Source: a virus. Taken from it: a DNA stretch of 64,000 nt. The notes under the pieces are model-generated. The model saw nothing but the letters and a program-made list of their open reading frames with translations, made no database searches and was not told where the DNA came from. The DNA lies in IMG/VR virus record IMGVR_UViG_3300045988_122657, positions 25,488 to 89,487 of that record; one strand, given 5' to 3'. How positions within the stretch are numbered: the first letter of the stretch is position 1; every line of letters begins with the position of its first letter. Below, in pieces: positions 29,134 to 39,371 of the stretch. The translations under genes and the position numbers were made by a program.

Positions 29134-29418
29134 CTAATCAATTTCTGCGATGCTCTCTACAAAGCAGTTGTAATAAATATATCTCTTGCCTTTGTAGTCA
29201 AACTTGACATATCCACCATCATTTGTATCAATATCAATTTTCCCTTTATATTCAGCAATCTTTTTACCATCTGCTGTATATACTGTAATGACTCTTTTCA
29301 TACCGCCATTCCAATCGCTTTTCATATCAACGATTTCTCTTTTGAATCCTGCACATCCTGTCATTGATCCTAAGCAAATCGTTACTCCTAATACTGTTGC
29401 TAAAATTTTCTTTCTCAT
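29134..29418 (-). CDS. putative lipoprotein
   Basis: Signal peptide with lipobox-like 'LGSMTGC' (MRKKILATVLGVTICLGSMTGCAGF). Confidence 0.45.
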   Translation of the reverse strand: MRKKILATVLGVTICLGSMTGCAGFKREIVDMKSDWNGGMKRVITVYTADGKKIAEYKGKIDIDTNDGGYVKFDYKGKRYIYYNCFVESIAEID

Positions 29419-29826
29419 TTATTTCGCTCCTTCTTCTTTATAGTAATATCCATACAAGCAACAATCTCCAGAATCCCATGTGTCGTAATAACAACCGTCT
29501 GAAATTGCAACTACATGATTCGCAACATTTACCAAGTAATTGCCTTGCTTATGATCTTTTGCAAAACTTTCAACTGTTGGTCGTTTAGATCCTTTTCTGT
29601 TGCTTATGCCCTGATAAGCAAATCCATTATCAAATAAATATTCTTCATAACATTTTCGTTCTGATGGCATACACTGCATATCTCTTGCATATGGTAATAA
29701 GCCATCAAATGTCGCTAACCATTCTTTATTAAGAACTTTTGTTAATGCTCTGATTACGCAATCTGAATGATTATCTTTTGTATCTTTATCGTTTGGTTGA
29801 TAATATCTGTAAATTTTATTTGACAT
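29419..29826 (-). CDS. hypothetical protein
   Basis: 135-aa ORF. Confidence 0.45.
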   Translation of the reverse strand: MSNKIYRYYQPNDKDTKDNHSDCVIRALTKVLNKEWLATFDGLLPYARDMQCMPSERKCYEEYLFDNGFAYQGISNRKGSKRPTVESFAKDHKQGNYLVNVANHVVAISDGCYYDTWDSGDCCLYGYYYKEEGAK

Positions 29827-29991
29827 TTTCTCGCTCCTTCATATTTCATTTCTTAAAGTTTATCTCTTACTTGTTGAATATAATATACCACTTCTTGCAG
29901 ATAGTGTCAATGCAAAATCTTCAACTTCTTGAATATTTTATTTTACATCCTGTATGTAATATGCTACAATATAGATGTGGAGGTATATCAT

Positions 29992-30195
29992 ATGATAAGT
30001 TATAAACCGCTTTTCGTAACTTTAGCGAAAAGAGGTATGACAAAATCTGATTTACGAATCGCTTTAAATATGGGGTCTGGTACAATTGCCAAGATGGCAA
30101 AGAATCAGTATATCAGTCTCGAAAACATCGATAAAATTTGCTTATATCTTAATTGCAAAGTTGAAGATGTTATTGAGGTCATACCAAACGATTAA
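29992..30195 (+). CDS. small HTH transcriptional regulator (one of two plus-strand genes in the window)
   Basis: Strong SD GGAGGT 7 nt before the ATG at 29992. 'MISYKPLFVTLAKRGMTKSDLRIALNMGSGTIAKMAKNQYISLENIDKICLYLNCKVEDV' has a Cro/DUF739-like HTH shape. The ORF-track start at 29929 is upstream of the SD. Confidence 0.5.
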   Translation: MISYKPLFVTLAKRGMTKSDLRIALNMGSGTIAKMAKNQYISLENIDKICLYLNCKVEDVIEVIPND

Positions 30196-30197
30196 TC

Positions 30198-30236
30198 AAA
30201 AAGACTTTGACCATTTAGGTTAAGGTCTTTTTTAGT
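30198..30236. terminator. bidirectional rho-independent terminator
   Basis: Imperfect 11-bp stem AGACTTTGACC/GGTTAAGGTCT with loop ATTTA, flanked by A5 upstream and T6 downstream. Lies between the plus-strand HTH gene and the minus-strand tRNA-like gene. Confidence 0.5.
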
Positions 30237-30376
30237 GGAAACAACAGGAATCGAACCTGTGTCGGCAATTTATATGTGATGAAAAATTAAAATGTAAATA
30301 ATATAAAAATACTTATATGGAAGTAGAAAAATGAATGTTTATGTATTGCCTGCTCTACCAACTGAGCTATGTTTCC
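30236..30376 (-). tRNA. tRNA-Met-like gene interrupted by a ~70-nt AT-rich insertion in the anticodon loop (intron or pseudogene)
   Basis: Minus strand: acceptor GGAAACA / UGUUUCC (7/7), D-arm GCUC-AGUUGGUA-GAGC, anticodon-stem halves GGCAA (plus 30346-30350) and UUGCC (plus 30264-30268) separated by 77 nt, T-arm ACAGG-UUCGAUU-CCUGU, discriminator A. The loop beginning right after GGCAA is UACAUAA (CAU = Met). The insertion is flanked by CAUAUAA direct repeats. Confidence 0.45.
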
Positions 30377-30506
30377 ATGACTGGCACTTTATATAACCAT
30401 ATATAGTTGTTTGATAATTTGATAAACACTATATGTTGTGGTTTATAGCGTCATAAAATGCCAGTTTTATGTTTGTGAAATTAATTTTTGTAGATGAATT
30501 TATCCG

Positions 30507-31241
30507 TTATTTGCGAGCGTTTTTCATTTGATCTAATATGGCTTTAGCTTCCTGCTGTCGCTCTTCTTGTTCCATATGATAATCCAATGTTTCTGCACTA
30601 GATTCGTACGCAATGGTAACGCCTTTGGCTTGTTCACTAAGTTTCTTTGCTCCTTCTCGAACTTCTTCCAATCCTTCCTGAGCAGCATTAGAACTATTGT
30701 ATTGATCTAAATTTTTCTGCAATTCTGCAATCTGCTGATCCGCTTCCATCTGGAGAACTACAGTGTCTTTTTCGCTTTTTAGTTTAATAAGCTGATCATA
30801 TGCTTGGTTTTTAATTTCTTCTTGTTTATCTTTTGTTGCTTGCAACTCTGGAATCTTCTTTTCGTACACTGATTTCTGTGCCTTTAACGTGGCTAATTTT
30901 TGAGCATAATACATTGCTTTTTTATCATCATTGTTGTCAATATACTGATTGATCATTGCCTCGGTTTTAGAAATTTCTTCTTTTGTTTCTTTGAGGTCAT
31001 CTTCCATTGTTGCTAATCGACCAGCTACCATTGTGTATGTACCCATTGTTTTCTGGTAGAAGTCCTGCTTGTCTTTAATTGCAGTATTATATCTAGCTCT
31101 TGCTCCCTCTGGAGTCATTGCATTTTCTTTGATTATCTCTGTAACTGTTCCAGATGCTACATTTTTAATCTGCTTTCCATTTTTAGTAAATTGTAAATAT
31201 GCGATAATCGCTACAATTACACAAATAATAATGATTGTCAT
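30507..31241 (-). CDS. membrane-anchored coiled-coil protein, PspA/IM30-like
   Basis: N-terminal TM (TIIIICVIVAIIAYL) then a long amphipathic coiled-coil with PspA-like pattern ('EGARARYNTAIKDKQDFYQK...DDKKAMYYAQKLATLKAQ...'). Immediately downstream of the flotillin gene. Confidence 0.35.
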   Translation of the reverse strand: MTIIIICVIVAIIAYLQFTKNGKQIKNVASGTVTEIIKENAMTPEGARARYNTAIKDKQDFYQKTMGTYTMVAGRLATMEDDLKETKEEISKTEAMINQYIDNNDDKKAMYYAQKLATLKAQKSVYEKKIPELQATKDKQEEIKNQAYDQLIKLKSEKDTVVLQMEADQQIAELQKNLDQYNSSNAAQEGLEEVREGAKKLSEQAKGVTIAYESSAETLDYHMEQEERQQEAKAILDQMKNARK

Positions 31242-31255
31242 AATAATTTCTCCTA

Positions 31256-32716
31256 TTAGAACTCACGGTAATCTGCTGGCTCTGGTGTTACAAGATTTTC
31301 ATTATCTGTAGATTCTACTTCTTTATCTTCAGAAACAAAATCTTTTAACATCTTTGCAAGATCAACACCTGTAGATCCTTTAACACCATCTGATACCTGA
31401 TTCACAACATTCATAATATCTTTTGTTAATTTTGTTGTGTTTCCTTCTCCATACATAGTGATACTTCCTACATTTCCTAATGGTGCGGCTGCATTTTTAA
31501 CTGCTTCTGGGAACATCTGACACATCATTTCTACAATAGATGCTTTACCCATCTGTTTCATAGCTTCTGCTTTCTTTTCGATTGCTTCTGCTTCAGCAAT
31601 ACCTTTAGCTTTGATTGCTTCGGCTTCTGCTACACCCTTTGCACGAATACCTTCAGCTTCCTGCTCCATAGCATATTTTGTAGATTCAGCTTCTTTTTCT
31701 TTGGCATATTTGTTAGCTTCAGATTCTTTCTGTTTCTTGTATAAGTCTGCATCTGCTTTCTGCTGTGAAGCATATCTTTCAGCCTCTGCCTGCTTCTTGA
31801 TCTGTGCATCTAATGTCTGCTCTGTTACCTCAACGTCTTTGCGTTTCAGTTCAATTTCCTTTTCCTGACGCATAATATTAGCATCCGCAGTTACAACTTC
31901 AATTTCTTTACGTGATTTTTCTTCCTGGATCTTGTATGCTGCATCTGCCTCAGCTTTCTTTGCTTTTGAAATCTTTTCAAGCTCAGATTTTTTAATCTCC
32001 AGATTGTTATTCTTTTCTGCAATCGCTGTTGCTGACTCTACCTTTGCATCATTTGCTTCTTTTTCAGCCATTGCTTTTGCTTTTTCAATATCTCTTTCGC
32101 TTTCAGCTCTGGAAATCGCAGCCTTCTTCTTGATTTTAACAACATTATCTACACCAAGATTTTCAATAACATCATTATCATCCATAAAATTCTGAACATT
32201 AAAACTGATAATATCTAATCCCATTGCAGCAAGATCTGGCTTCGCATTTTCTGTAACAAGCTGTGCAAATTTCTGACGATCAGAAACCATTTCTTCGAGA
32301 CTCATCTTTCCAACGATCTCTCGCATATTACCTTCAAGGACTTCTCTTGCGACCTGTCCAATATCGCCTACTGGCTTATTTAAGAAGTTTTCTGCTGCAA
32401 GTTTTAATCTTTCTGGATTACTGCTAACCTTTACATTGACCGCTGCATCTACATTGATATTGATATAATCTGCTGTCGGCACAGAACTTGATGTCTTAAC
32501 ATCAATTGGAATTAACTCAAGATTAAGATGGTCTGCTTTTTCAAAGAATGGGATTTTTAATCCTGCCTTACCAATTAATGTCTTAGGTGTCTTTCTAAGC
32601 CCAGAAATAATATAAGCTTTATCTGGACTTGCTTTAACATAACCGCTACCAATAATAGCTCCTACACCACCAACTGCAACAACAACTGGTACTACTGTTC
32701 CAATTACTTCAATCAT
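31256..32716 (-). CDS. flotillin-family protein (SPFH/Band-7 domain plus Ala-Glu-rich flotillin tail)
   Basis: N-terminal TM, SPFH core ('KAYIISGLRKTPKTLIGKAGLKIPFFEKADHLNLELIPIDVKT...GLDIISFNVQNF'), and C-terminal EA repeats 'KGVAEAEAIKAKGIAEAEAIEKKAEAMKQ'. Confidence 0.7.
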   Translation of the reverse strand: MIEVIGTVVPVVVAVGGVGAIIGSGYVKASPDKAYIISGLRKTPKTLIGKAGLKIPFFEKADHLNLELIPIDVKTSSSVPTADYININVDAAVNVKVSSNPERLKLAAENFLNKPVGDIGQVAREVLEGNMREIVGKMSLEEMVSDRQKFAQLVTENAKPDLAAMGLDIISFNVQNFMDDNDVIENLGVDNVVKIKKKAAISRAESERDIEKAKAMAEKEANDAKVESATAIAEKNNNLEIKKSELEKISKAKKAEADAAYKIQEEKSRKEIEVVTADANIMRQEKEIELKRKDVEVTEQTLDAQIKKQAEAERYASQQKADADLYKKQKESEANKYAKEKEAESTKYAMEQEAEGIRAKGVAEAEAIKAKGIAEAEAIEKKAEAMKQMGKASIVEMMCQMFPEAVKNAAAPLGNVGSITMYGEGNTTKLTKDIMNVVNQVSDGVKGSTGVDLAKMLKDFVSEDKEVESTDNENLVTPEPADYREF

Positions 32717-32890
32717 AAATATCTCCTTTGTTATAAAAATTATTTATCACAACACCATGTAAAGGTGTTATAATTAGTTTATATACCACATCATATAGTT
32801 TGTCCTACTCGTACATACTATATATAGTGTATCTCAATTGTCCAAACCGCTATATATTGTGGTTATTGAGGTTGTAAAATTACTGTTTTA

Positions 32891-33358
32891 TTAATCAAAT
32901 AATCCATACCCAAAGTGCTGTCTCAGTTCATGATTCCAACTATTAATCGATTCAACTTTTCGCTCTTTGACAAGCTTATATCGAAAATCTTTAGGCATAG
33001 ACAATGCGATAAAATTCATAATAAGTTTTGCACAGTCTTTCCTTTCTTCGATATAATACACGCCATCTTCTTTATAGAAATCAACCTCTTTAAAACACCC
33101 AGAATTATTTAAAATTTCAAATGCTGTTTCGCTAATTTCTGATTCTTGATACTCTGTCCAAATCAGTCTCTCACTTCTACAACCAAGACCTAGCCCCGTA
33201 TAATCTTCATTACAATTAAAACCTACTCCTAGCTTTTTACAGCTGTCTTTATACGCTTGTCGAATTTTATGAATATCATAGTTACAATCAAATAAAAAAC
33301 TTTCTGATATTTTATGCCCATCTTCCGACCAGTCGCCTAATTCTAATTTATAAATCAT
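32891..33358 (-). CDS. hypothetical protein
   Basis: 155-aa ORF. Confidence 0.45.
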   Translation of the reverse strand: MIYKLELGDWSEDGHKISESFLFDCNYDIHKIRQAYKDSCKKLGVGFNCNEDYTGLGLGCRSERLIWTEYQESEISETAFEILNNSGCFKEVDFYKEDGVYYIEERKDCAKLIMNFIALSMPKDFRYKLVKERKVESINSWNHELRQHFGYGLFD

Positions 33359-33415
33359 TCCAGTCTCCTTTCTTTAGGCACCCACCCGTCAAATATGACG
33401 AGCAGGTATATCATC

Positions 33416-33805
33416 TTAATCTTCTAAAGAATCAATCATCGCACGTAATTCTGCTTCTGACATCTTCTCAATAGCCTCATCCTGTTTCTTGGAAAGAGCA
33501 TCAATATATTTTCTCTGTGTCAGTTTCTTATTAATACGTTCCTTCTCAGCAAGTCTCTCATTACGTTTTGTTATAAAGATATACTTCACAATACCAATCG
33601 CAGCTGTTAACTTTGGATCAACATTTGCATCATCCAACAGACTTTCTTCTGAAGATTTAACTTCCTGATCTTTCAGATTTTTATAAACCACGTCTAAATC
33701 TTTATCAGATAAATCCCATAAATCTTCTACGGATAATTCTCCCTTTGTTGATGGAAATCTCAATTTGCTTCTTGTTGCCATTTCGAATAAATTTTCTGTT
33801 GTCAT
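33416..33805 (-). CDS. hypothetical protein
   Basis: 129-aa ORF. Confidence 0.45.
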   Translation of the reverse strand: MTTENLFEMATRSKLRFPSTKGELSVEDLWDLSDKDLDVVYKNLKDQEVKSSEESLLDDANVDPKLTAAIGIVKYIFITKRNERLAEKERINKKLTQRKYIDALSKKQDEAIEKMSEAELRAMIDSLED

Positions 33806-33823
33806 AATTCAATCTCCTTTATA

Positions 33824-35893
33824 TTAAAATTTAATTTTAAGAACTCTTTCAGTTGCACCCTTGACTTTGACGATCACATCATCTCGTTTTGTAGAACTAA
33901 AACCAATTCCTGATAGCTGGTTTGGATCATCTGCGACATGCATCTTATTTCCTAAAGCCTCGAATACTCTTTTGTGCTGTACTAATTCCTGCTTCAAAAA
34001 CTCATTGAAAAATCCATTTGGAGTATCTTCATTTACACATCCGTTTAACATGAACAGATAATGTTTGTGTCCAATACCTGTCTGTTCGTCCCAATAGTTA
34101 GGGGAATAACACATTACTGTTACTGGCACAAACTGATTTGTATTGACGCCCCAAATTTCTCTTGAAGATGTTGTTGATGGAAGTTTCTCTTTGATTGTGA
34201 AAACGCCATCTTTTAATGCAACTGTAGCCACTGGTACGTTCTGTCCCTGTCGTAAAGGCTGATCGTATTCAAATTCATAAATCTGACCATCAAACTCAAT
34301 CTCTGCTGTAAATCCTGATGTACCGTTGCTATGGCAATAATTGTGTACGAAAAATTCATAATCTCCATCAACCATTTCAGATTTATCCGCCCATGTAATA
34401 TTTTCTACAGCAGGTTTTCCTTTTTCTGGATTGATTACATCAACATCAAGTCTGCCTCGTGTCACGTGATCAACCATATGGCTAAAGAAAATATGCTGAC
34501 AAGGTGTTTTACAATGTGCATCAAAATCATCCCTATTCCAATCTTTTCCTGCATTCCACTGAATTGAAAATCTTAAGACTCCATCGACTGCTCCACCTGC
34601 GTTCTTAACTCTTTCTTTCATTTCGCTATCTGTCATATTTCCTGTGTATGCCCAACTAAAAGGATTACTCCACTTCATCATATTCTTAGCATCTTTATTT
34701 ACAGGTGCGATCAGCGAAACCATATTCTTCTTGTGACGATTTTCAAACAGAACTTCTAATTCTTTTGCTGTTGGTAGAACATCTGATAAAAATTTCTCTG
34801 CACTGATCTCTTCTACTTTAGAAAATTTCTTAGGATTTACAGCGACTTCCTTGCTCATCTCGTCAAAAATATCTAAGCCACCCTGGATACGTGGTGCTGC
34901 ATCACGATTACAAAACAGAATATTGTTTACTGTAATATCATCAAGTCTTGCAAATCTACGCTGCAATGAATCCATATATCCTAAATCCGTTACAGTTTTC
35001 TTTGCATCCTCAAGCATTTTCTTAGTAAAAATTGCCTTTGGTCGTTTATAATTCGCAGGAGCTACAACATTTTCATAAGCTTTTACTGCATTATCTAAAT
35101 CCATACTTTCGCTGATATTCACAAGTAATGTACCGATACTATGGTTTCTAATACGACCAATTACATCTCCGATCGTCATGGCTTTTGTCCATGTGTATGT
35201 ATCTTTTTTTTCATCAGACAAACCGTTGTATTCTCGCTGATATTTTCTAAAATCTTTTAATACTCTTTCCCATTCCTGTCCTCTATAAAGAGTATTTGAA
35301 GCGATCAGTTCTAATACCGTATCAACAGCTTCTTCTGTGATTTCATCAAGCGATCTTTTGAACACGTTCTTTCGATCTCTAACTTTTGCTTTTACTGTAG
35401 GAATATCGGATTTTCTTTCTAGTAATCTCTCTGGAATCGGTGTATACATATGAGTCCATTTGATAATCTGCTTATCTTCTGTATACTCATTTGTACTTTT
35501 TACTCCAACTGTATTTGTAAAATGTCTCCAAATATCTTTGATTGGCTTTGATTCTACATATGTTCGTAAAGCATCAACTACTGGCTGAAATATGACATCA
35601 TCAGTGTCGATCTCCCAGATCGTATGAATCTTACCGTCAACAATTGTCACAGCTCCACCGATTGTTTTAATAAAGTTTCGGCAATGACCACAGTCATATT
35701 CTCGTCGTTTGCGATACATCTTATTGGTTCCTTCAGGGAAGCTACTCAGATATACTTCCCAAAGTTCATCCTTATCAATATCGGTTTCATACAATGTAGA
35801 ATTGTTTTTCTCTACATAGTCGAGCATCTTATTTAAACGCTCTGACAATTTGCTTAAAAAGTTACTCCAGTTTTCATTCATTGGTGTACACAT
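33824..35893 (-). CDS. large hypothetical protein (689 aa)
   Basis: Long uninterrupted ORF with SD; no motif recognised. Confidence 0.5.
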   Translation of the reverse strand: MCTPMNENWSNFLSKLSERLNKMLDYVEKNNSTLYETDIDKDELWEVYLSSFPEGTNKMYRKRREYDCGHCRNFIKTIGGAVTIVDGKIHTIWEIDTDDVIFQPVVDALRTYVESKPIKDIWRHFTNTVGVKSTNEYTEDKQIIKWTHMYTPIPERLLERKSDIPTVKAKVRDRKNVFKRSLDEITEEAVDTVLELIASNTLYRGQEWERVLKDFRKYQREYNGLSDEKKDTYTWTKAMTIGDVIGRIRNHSIGTLLVNISESMDLDNAVKAYENVVAPANYKRPKAIFTKKMLEDAKKTVTDLGYMDSLQRRFARLDDITVNNILFCNRDAAPRIQGGLDIFDEMSKEVAVNPKKFSKVEEISAEKFLSDVLPTAKELEVLFENRHKKNMVSLIAPVNKDAKNMMKWSNPFSWAYTGNMTDSEMKERVKNAGGAVDGVLRFSIQWNAGKDWNRDDFDAHCKTPCQHIFFSHMVDHVTRGRLDVDVINPEKGKPAVENITWADKSEMVDGDYEFFVHNYCHSNGTSGFTAEIEFDGQIYEFEYDQPLRQGQNVPVATVALKDGVFTIKEKLPSTTSSREIWGVNTNQFVPVTVMCYSPNYWDEQTGIGHKHYLFMLNGCVNEDTPNGFFNEFLKQELVQHKRVFEALGNKMHVADDPNQLSGIGFSSTKRDDVIVKVKGATERVLKIKF

Positions 35894-35914
35894 AATTTAT
35901 CTCCTTTTCATGTA

Positions 35915-37234
35915 TTATTTAATTGCTACGAAGATTTCATCTTGTTTATTATTATTGATATAAATTTCTGTACCTTTAAGTTCTGGGAAATATTTCTTAG
36001 CAAGTTTTTTAAATTCACTTGCAAGCTTGGAATCATTTGGCATATAGTGCAATTTATCGCTTGAAAATTCAGCAATACAATTTACAGCTATTCTTCTTAA
36101 GAACTTCGCATGAGGTAAACCTTTTCTTTCCTCTTCTCTCTTCTTGTCCTTCTCAAGAATTTTTTCTAATTTACATAAGTTTTCTGTCACTTCAATGCAG
36201 CTACTTGGATATTTCACATATTTGTTTGTCCAGAAGTCAACTGCATCATGAGCACCTGCGTTGCCGCAAAGGTATTTTAATACACAGGTTTTGAAGCCAT
36301 TTTCTCTGTCATACACATCATTTCCTTCTACATAGGCAACAGTTTCCGCTCCAGAAGTCCATAAGATTTTAACCATTCCATGATAATGTTTTACTTTAAA
36401 CACTGGTTCGCCATCTTTTTCAATCTGTTTACCGTTATTGTCTAACATTGGCTCTTTTACTGTAATTTCTTTATCAACATAAATCGGTTTCTTAATCATT
36501 TCTTTTAAATTCTTCGTATTCATATCTTTCTCCTCTTCGTTTCCTGTAAGTTCACTCATGATTTCATCCAATTTTTCTGACGCAAATGTTAAAGTTGCAC
36601 TCATTTCACCAATCCGATTATCAAGTGTTGGTGCGTCTGCTCGTAATCCACGTTCAGTTTCGGATCCTCCACAACATTCTTTCCACCAATTCTTTTCTGC
36701 TTCTGACGTTGCAGTAATTGGTTTTTGCTGATAGTGTGGCAGAACAGACACTCTTCTTTCTGAAAGTGGTGGTGGGGCTAATGTTCCAATTTTTATTTCG
36801 TCAGCTAAAATCGCACCTGTCTGAATCTCGCATTTTTCATTCATTGTTTCTTTTCTTGTGATTCTAATAGCAGCTTCTGTCGAATTTATACTTTGTACTC
36901 TATATCGCAGTTTTTCATACCAATATGGCACAATAATATTTACTACATCATTTTTATAAACATCCATGACAATTGACTCCGCATCATCAAACACCTTATA
37001 TTGATAAGGATGTAATGTTTTAGTAATTATACCTTGAGGTTTTATCGTGTAGGTAGCTATTATCGCTGAACCAAACTTTAATTCAACTGTCTCAATTTTA
37101 AATTTTACATACACATCATCGTTATCTACTTCGACAATCTCTCCTACATTAAATGATGAAATCTGATTATGATTATATTTAACTTCTTTGCCATTCATAC
37201 AGCGTATCCAAACGCCCGTTTTATTTTCTTCCAT
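35915..37234 (-). CDS. hypothetical protein (439 aa)
   Basis: Long ORF; no motif recognised. Confidence 0.5.
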   Translation of the reverse strand: MEENKTGVWIRCMNGKEVKYNHNQISSFNVGEIVEVDNDDVYVKFKIETVELKFGSAIIATYTIKPQGIITKTLHPYQYKVFDDAESIVMDVYKNDVVNIIVPYWYEKLRYRVQSINSTEAAIRITRKETMNEKCEIQTGAILADEIKIGTLAPPPLSERRVSVLPHYQQKPITATSEAEKNWWKECCGGSETERGLRADAPTLDNRIGEMSATLTFASEKLDEIMSELTGNEEEKDMNTKNLKEMIKKPIYVDKEITVKEPMLDNNGKQIEKDGEPVFKVKHYHGMVKILWTSGAETVAYVEGNDVYDRENGFKTCVLKYLCGNAGAHDAVDFWTNKYVKYPSSCIEVTENLCKLEKILEKDKKREEERKGLPHAKFLRRIAVNCIAEFSSDKLHYMPNDSKLASEFKKLAKKYFPELKGTEIYINNNKQDEIFVAIK

Positions 37235-37248
37235 TCTTTGTCTCCTCT

Positions 37249-38079
37249 CTAAGCTGATGCACTCTGTGAGGCAAAGTATTGTGCTAATTTCTTTGCCAAG
37301 TATAATTGCCCTTTGCCAGTCACATATGTTTTGGTAATCAACTTGTTTCCATTCTTAGTTTCAACTTCACTTTCTGTTAATTTGAAAATGCCCTGCTTAA
37401 CATATCTTTCATATGGGGTATTATCTGACATGAGATACCCTTCTTTTCTTAACCACGCAAATAATTTGTTTCTGCCCATATGAATATCTTGATTTTCTTT
37501 CTCAAGAAGCTTTGCCATTGTTTTCATATCAACCATTGTTGGTGTGGCACTGACCGTATTAGCAAAATCAACAAGTGGCTTCTGTTTACTGATAACTTCT
37601 TCTTTCTGGGCTAATAGTTCATCCTTTTGCTCCAAAGTGTTTTGCATAATATTCAATGCTTTCGCCATGATAGTTAAATCATCATCATCTTTTTCAATTG
37701 GAATATATCCGCCCGTCTTACGAATCTGCGGAAGAACCTCGGATGTAACCCAATGCTTAAATTCTTTTGCCTTATCAAGTTTACTTCCAAAAATCAAAGC
37801 GTATAAACCTGACTCATTAATAAACACTGGGTATTGAACTCTCCCTAATTTGTCTGTTATAGATGGGGTAACGTTTCGTTCCCCCATAATTTTATCTTCA
37901 TCGTCAACATGATCTCGAATTGCTTTCTTCGAATTTGTATAACCAAGACACTCAGCTACATCTTTCCCTACGAACCACGGGTTATTATTTAAGATTACCG
38001 TTCTTACATTTCCAAATTCATCATTGTTGAACACCAAAGTGTTTAACCCTTCATTAACCATATTCTTTTCTTCTGTCAT
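37249..38079 (-). CDS. phage antirepressor (Bro-N N-terminal domain + KilA-C/ANT C-terminal domain)
   Basis: Bro-N: 'FGNVRTVILNNNPWFVGKDVAECLGYTNSKKAIRDHVDDEDK'. KilA-C: 'ANTVSATPTMVDMKTMAKLLEKENQDIHMGRNKLFAWLRKEGYLM'. Confidence 0.65.
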   Translation of the reverse strand: MTEEKNMVNEGLNTLVFNNDEFGNVRTVILNNNPWFVGKDVAECLGYTNSKKAIRDHVDDEDKIMGERNVTPSITDKLGRVQYPVFINESGLYALIFGSKLDKAKEFKHWVTSEVLPQIRKTGGYIPIEKDDDDLTIMAKALNIMQNTLEQKDELLAQKEEVISKQKPLVDFANTVSATPTMVDMKTMAKLLEKENQDIHMGRNKLFAWLRKEGYLMSDNTPYERYVKQGIFKLTESEVETKNGNKLITKTYVTGKGQLYLAKKLAQYFASQSASA

Positions 38080-38162
38080 TAAATGCCTCCTAAGTTATAA
38101 TTTTACATTTCAATTTTGCACAAATGCCTGTGCGAGTCATCATATATAATAAGGAAGAAACT

Positions 38163-38813
38163 CTACCCGATTATATTCTGGATCAGCTCATAATACTTTG
38201 TTCTGCCGACATAAGGTTTATGCTCTGCATCTTTTAATTCTTTCTTCAAAGTACATATGTCTTTCTGATTATCCATGCAATTCTGCATCACTTCTATGTA
38301 TCGAATACAATTCTTGATCTTTCTATGCAATTCTTGTAAGGTTTTAAGATACCCAACAATCACGGCACGTTTCGCAGCATCAATCTTTTTAAACTCAATT
38401 GCATGAAGAATATCACTTCTTGCAGAATCGGCATATGATAATGCCTGTTCTAACTCAAACTTCTTTTCTCCTAATTGATCTGAGTCATATGCTAAAAGCC
38501 CTACTATAGCTCTTTCCTCAGTCTCTATGTTGTCGATTAATGTATTATCACATTCCCAGTCCATAAAGCAATTTCCATTACCTTTACGCATTATTTCGCT
38601 AGATTCCATAGGTTTTCCAACTTTACCTAGCTCAATTTCTCTGGCATGAAATCCGTCTTTCATCCACGTATATTTATGCTTCAAACCTAAAATGTGCTTT
38701 GCTTGCTTGGAGGTAAACTGAGTAGCTTCAGACTTACGATTATCACGAACGTATTTATTTCTTGCATGATCTCTTTTCACATAGAACTCTTCATTCGTAA
38801 TTATGTATTTCAT
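38163..38813 (-). CDS. hypothetical protein
   Basis: 216-aa ORF. Confidence 0.45.
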   Translation of the reverse strand: MKYIITNEEFYVKRDHARNKYVRDNRKSEATQFTSKQAKHILGLKHKYTWMKDGFHAREIELGKVGKPMESSEIMRKGNGNCFMDWECDNTLIDNIETEERAIVGLLAYDSDQLGEKKFELEQALSYADSARSDILHAIEFKKIDAAKRAVIVGYLKTLQELHRKIKNCIRYIEVMQNCMDNQKDICTLKKELKDAEHKPYVGRTKYYELIQNIIG

Positions 38814-39005
38814 ACATCACTCCTATATTTAGTTGTATTTTTTGGAAAAAAATTCATGTTGACGAACATGTTTAGAATTGTTATAATGATTTTAAGGATA
38901 TTATTATCCTTTCAGATTAAACAATTCTAAATATCAAATTCGATTTTCTATCGTGCTGCCAACACGGTAGATTCAAAAAATCTTTTTTTGTTATTTATGA
39001 TTTGT

Positions 39006-39371
39006 TTAGTTGAAATTTTTAGTTTGTGTGAAAGTAGAAGTTTTACCAAAGACTTCTGCTTTCTTTTTTATTGTCTGTATTTTTATGCCAACATTGTATC
39101 TCTCTTTGTATGTAAATTGCAGGCATTTGATTATGTCAAATATGTCGTCCTGCTTAATATGAGAGAACAAATTCTCATCTTGAATAAATTCGATCCAATG
39201 ATATGAAAGATCTTTATCCTTGCCATAGATTTTCATCTTTCTATCATCTGCTCGAATCTTATATTCGCTCAGAAACCACGATGACATTTCTGATGAGTGT
39301 AAATCAAGTACATCAATATGCATTTGATTTGATTGATTCGCTACTAATGTTTTTAATATTTGATTGTCCAT
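39006..39371 (-). CDS. hypothetical protein
   Basis: 121-aa ORF. Confidence 0.4.
   Translation of the reverse strand: MDNQILKTLVANQSNQMHIDVLDLHSSEMSSWFLSEYKIRADDRKMKIYGKDKDLSYHWIEFIQDENLFSHIKQDDIFDIIKCLQFTYKERYNVGIKIQTIKKKAEVFGKTSTFTQTKNFN

Noticed and set aside
30269-30345. The tRNA insertion interpreted as a group I self-splicing intron
   Set aside because: ~70 nt is far shorter than any known group I intron (typically >200 nt) and no P/Q/R/S-like elements are visible. Kept only as 'insertion/possible novel intron'.
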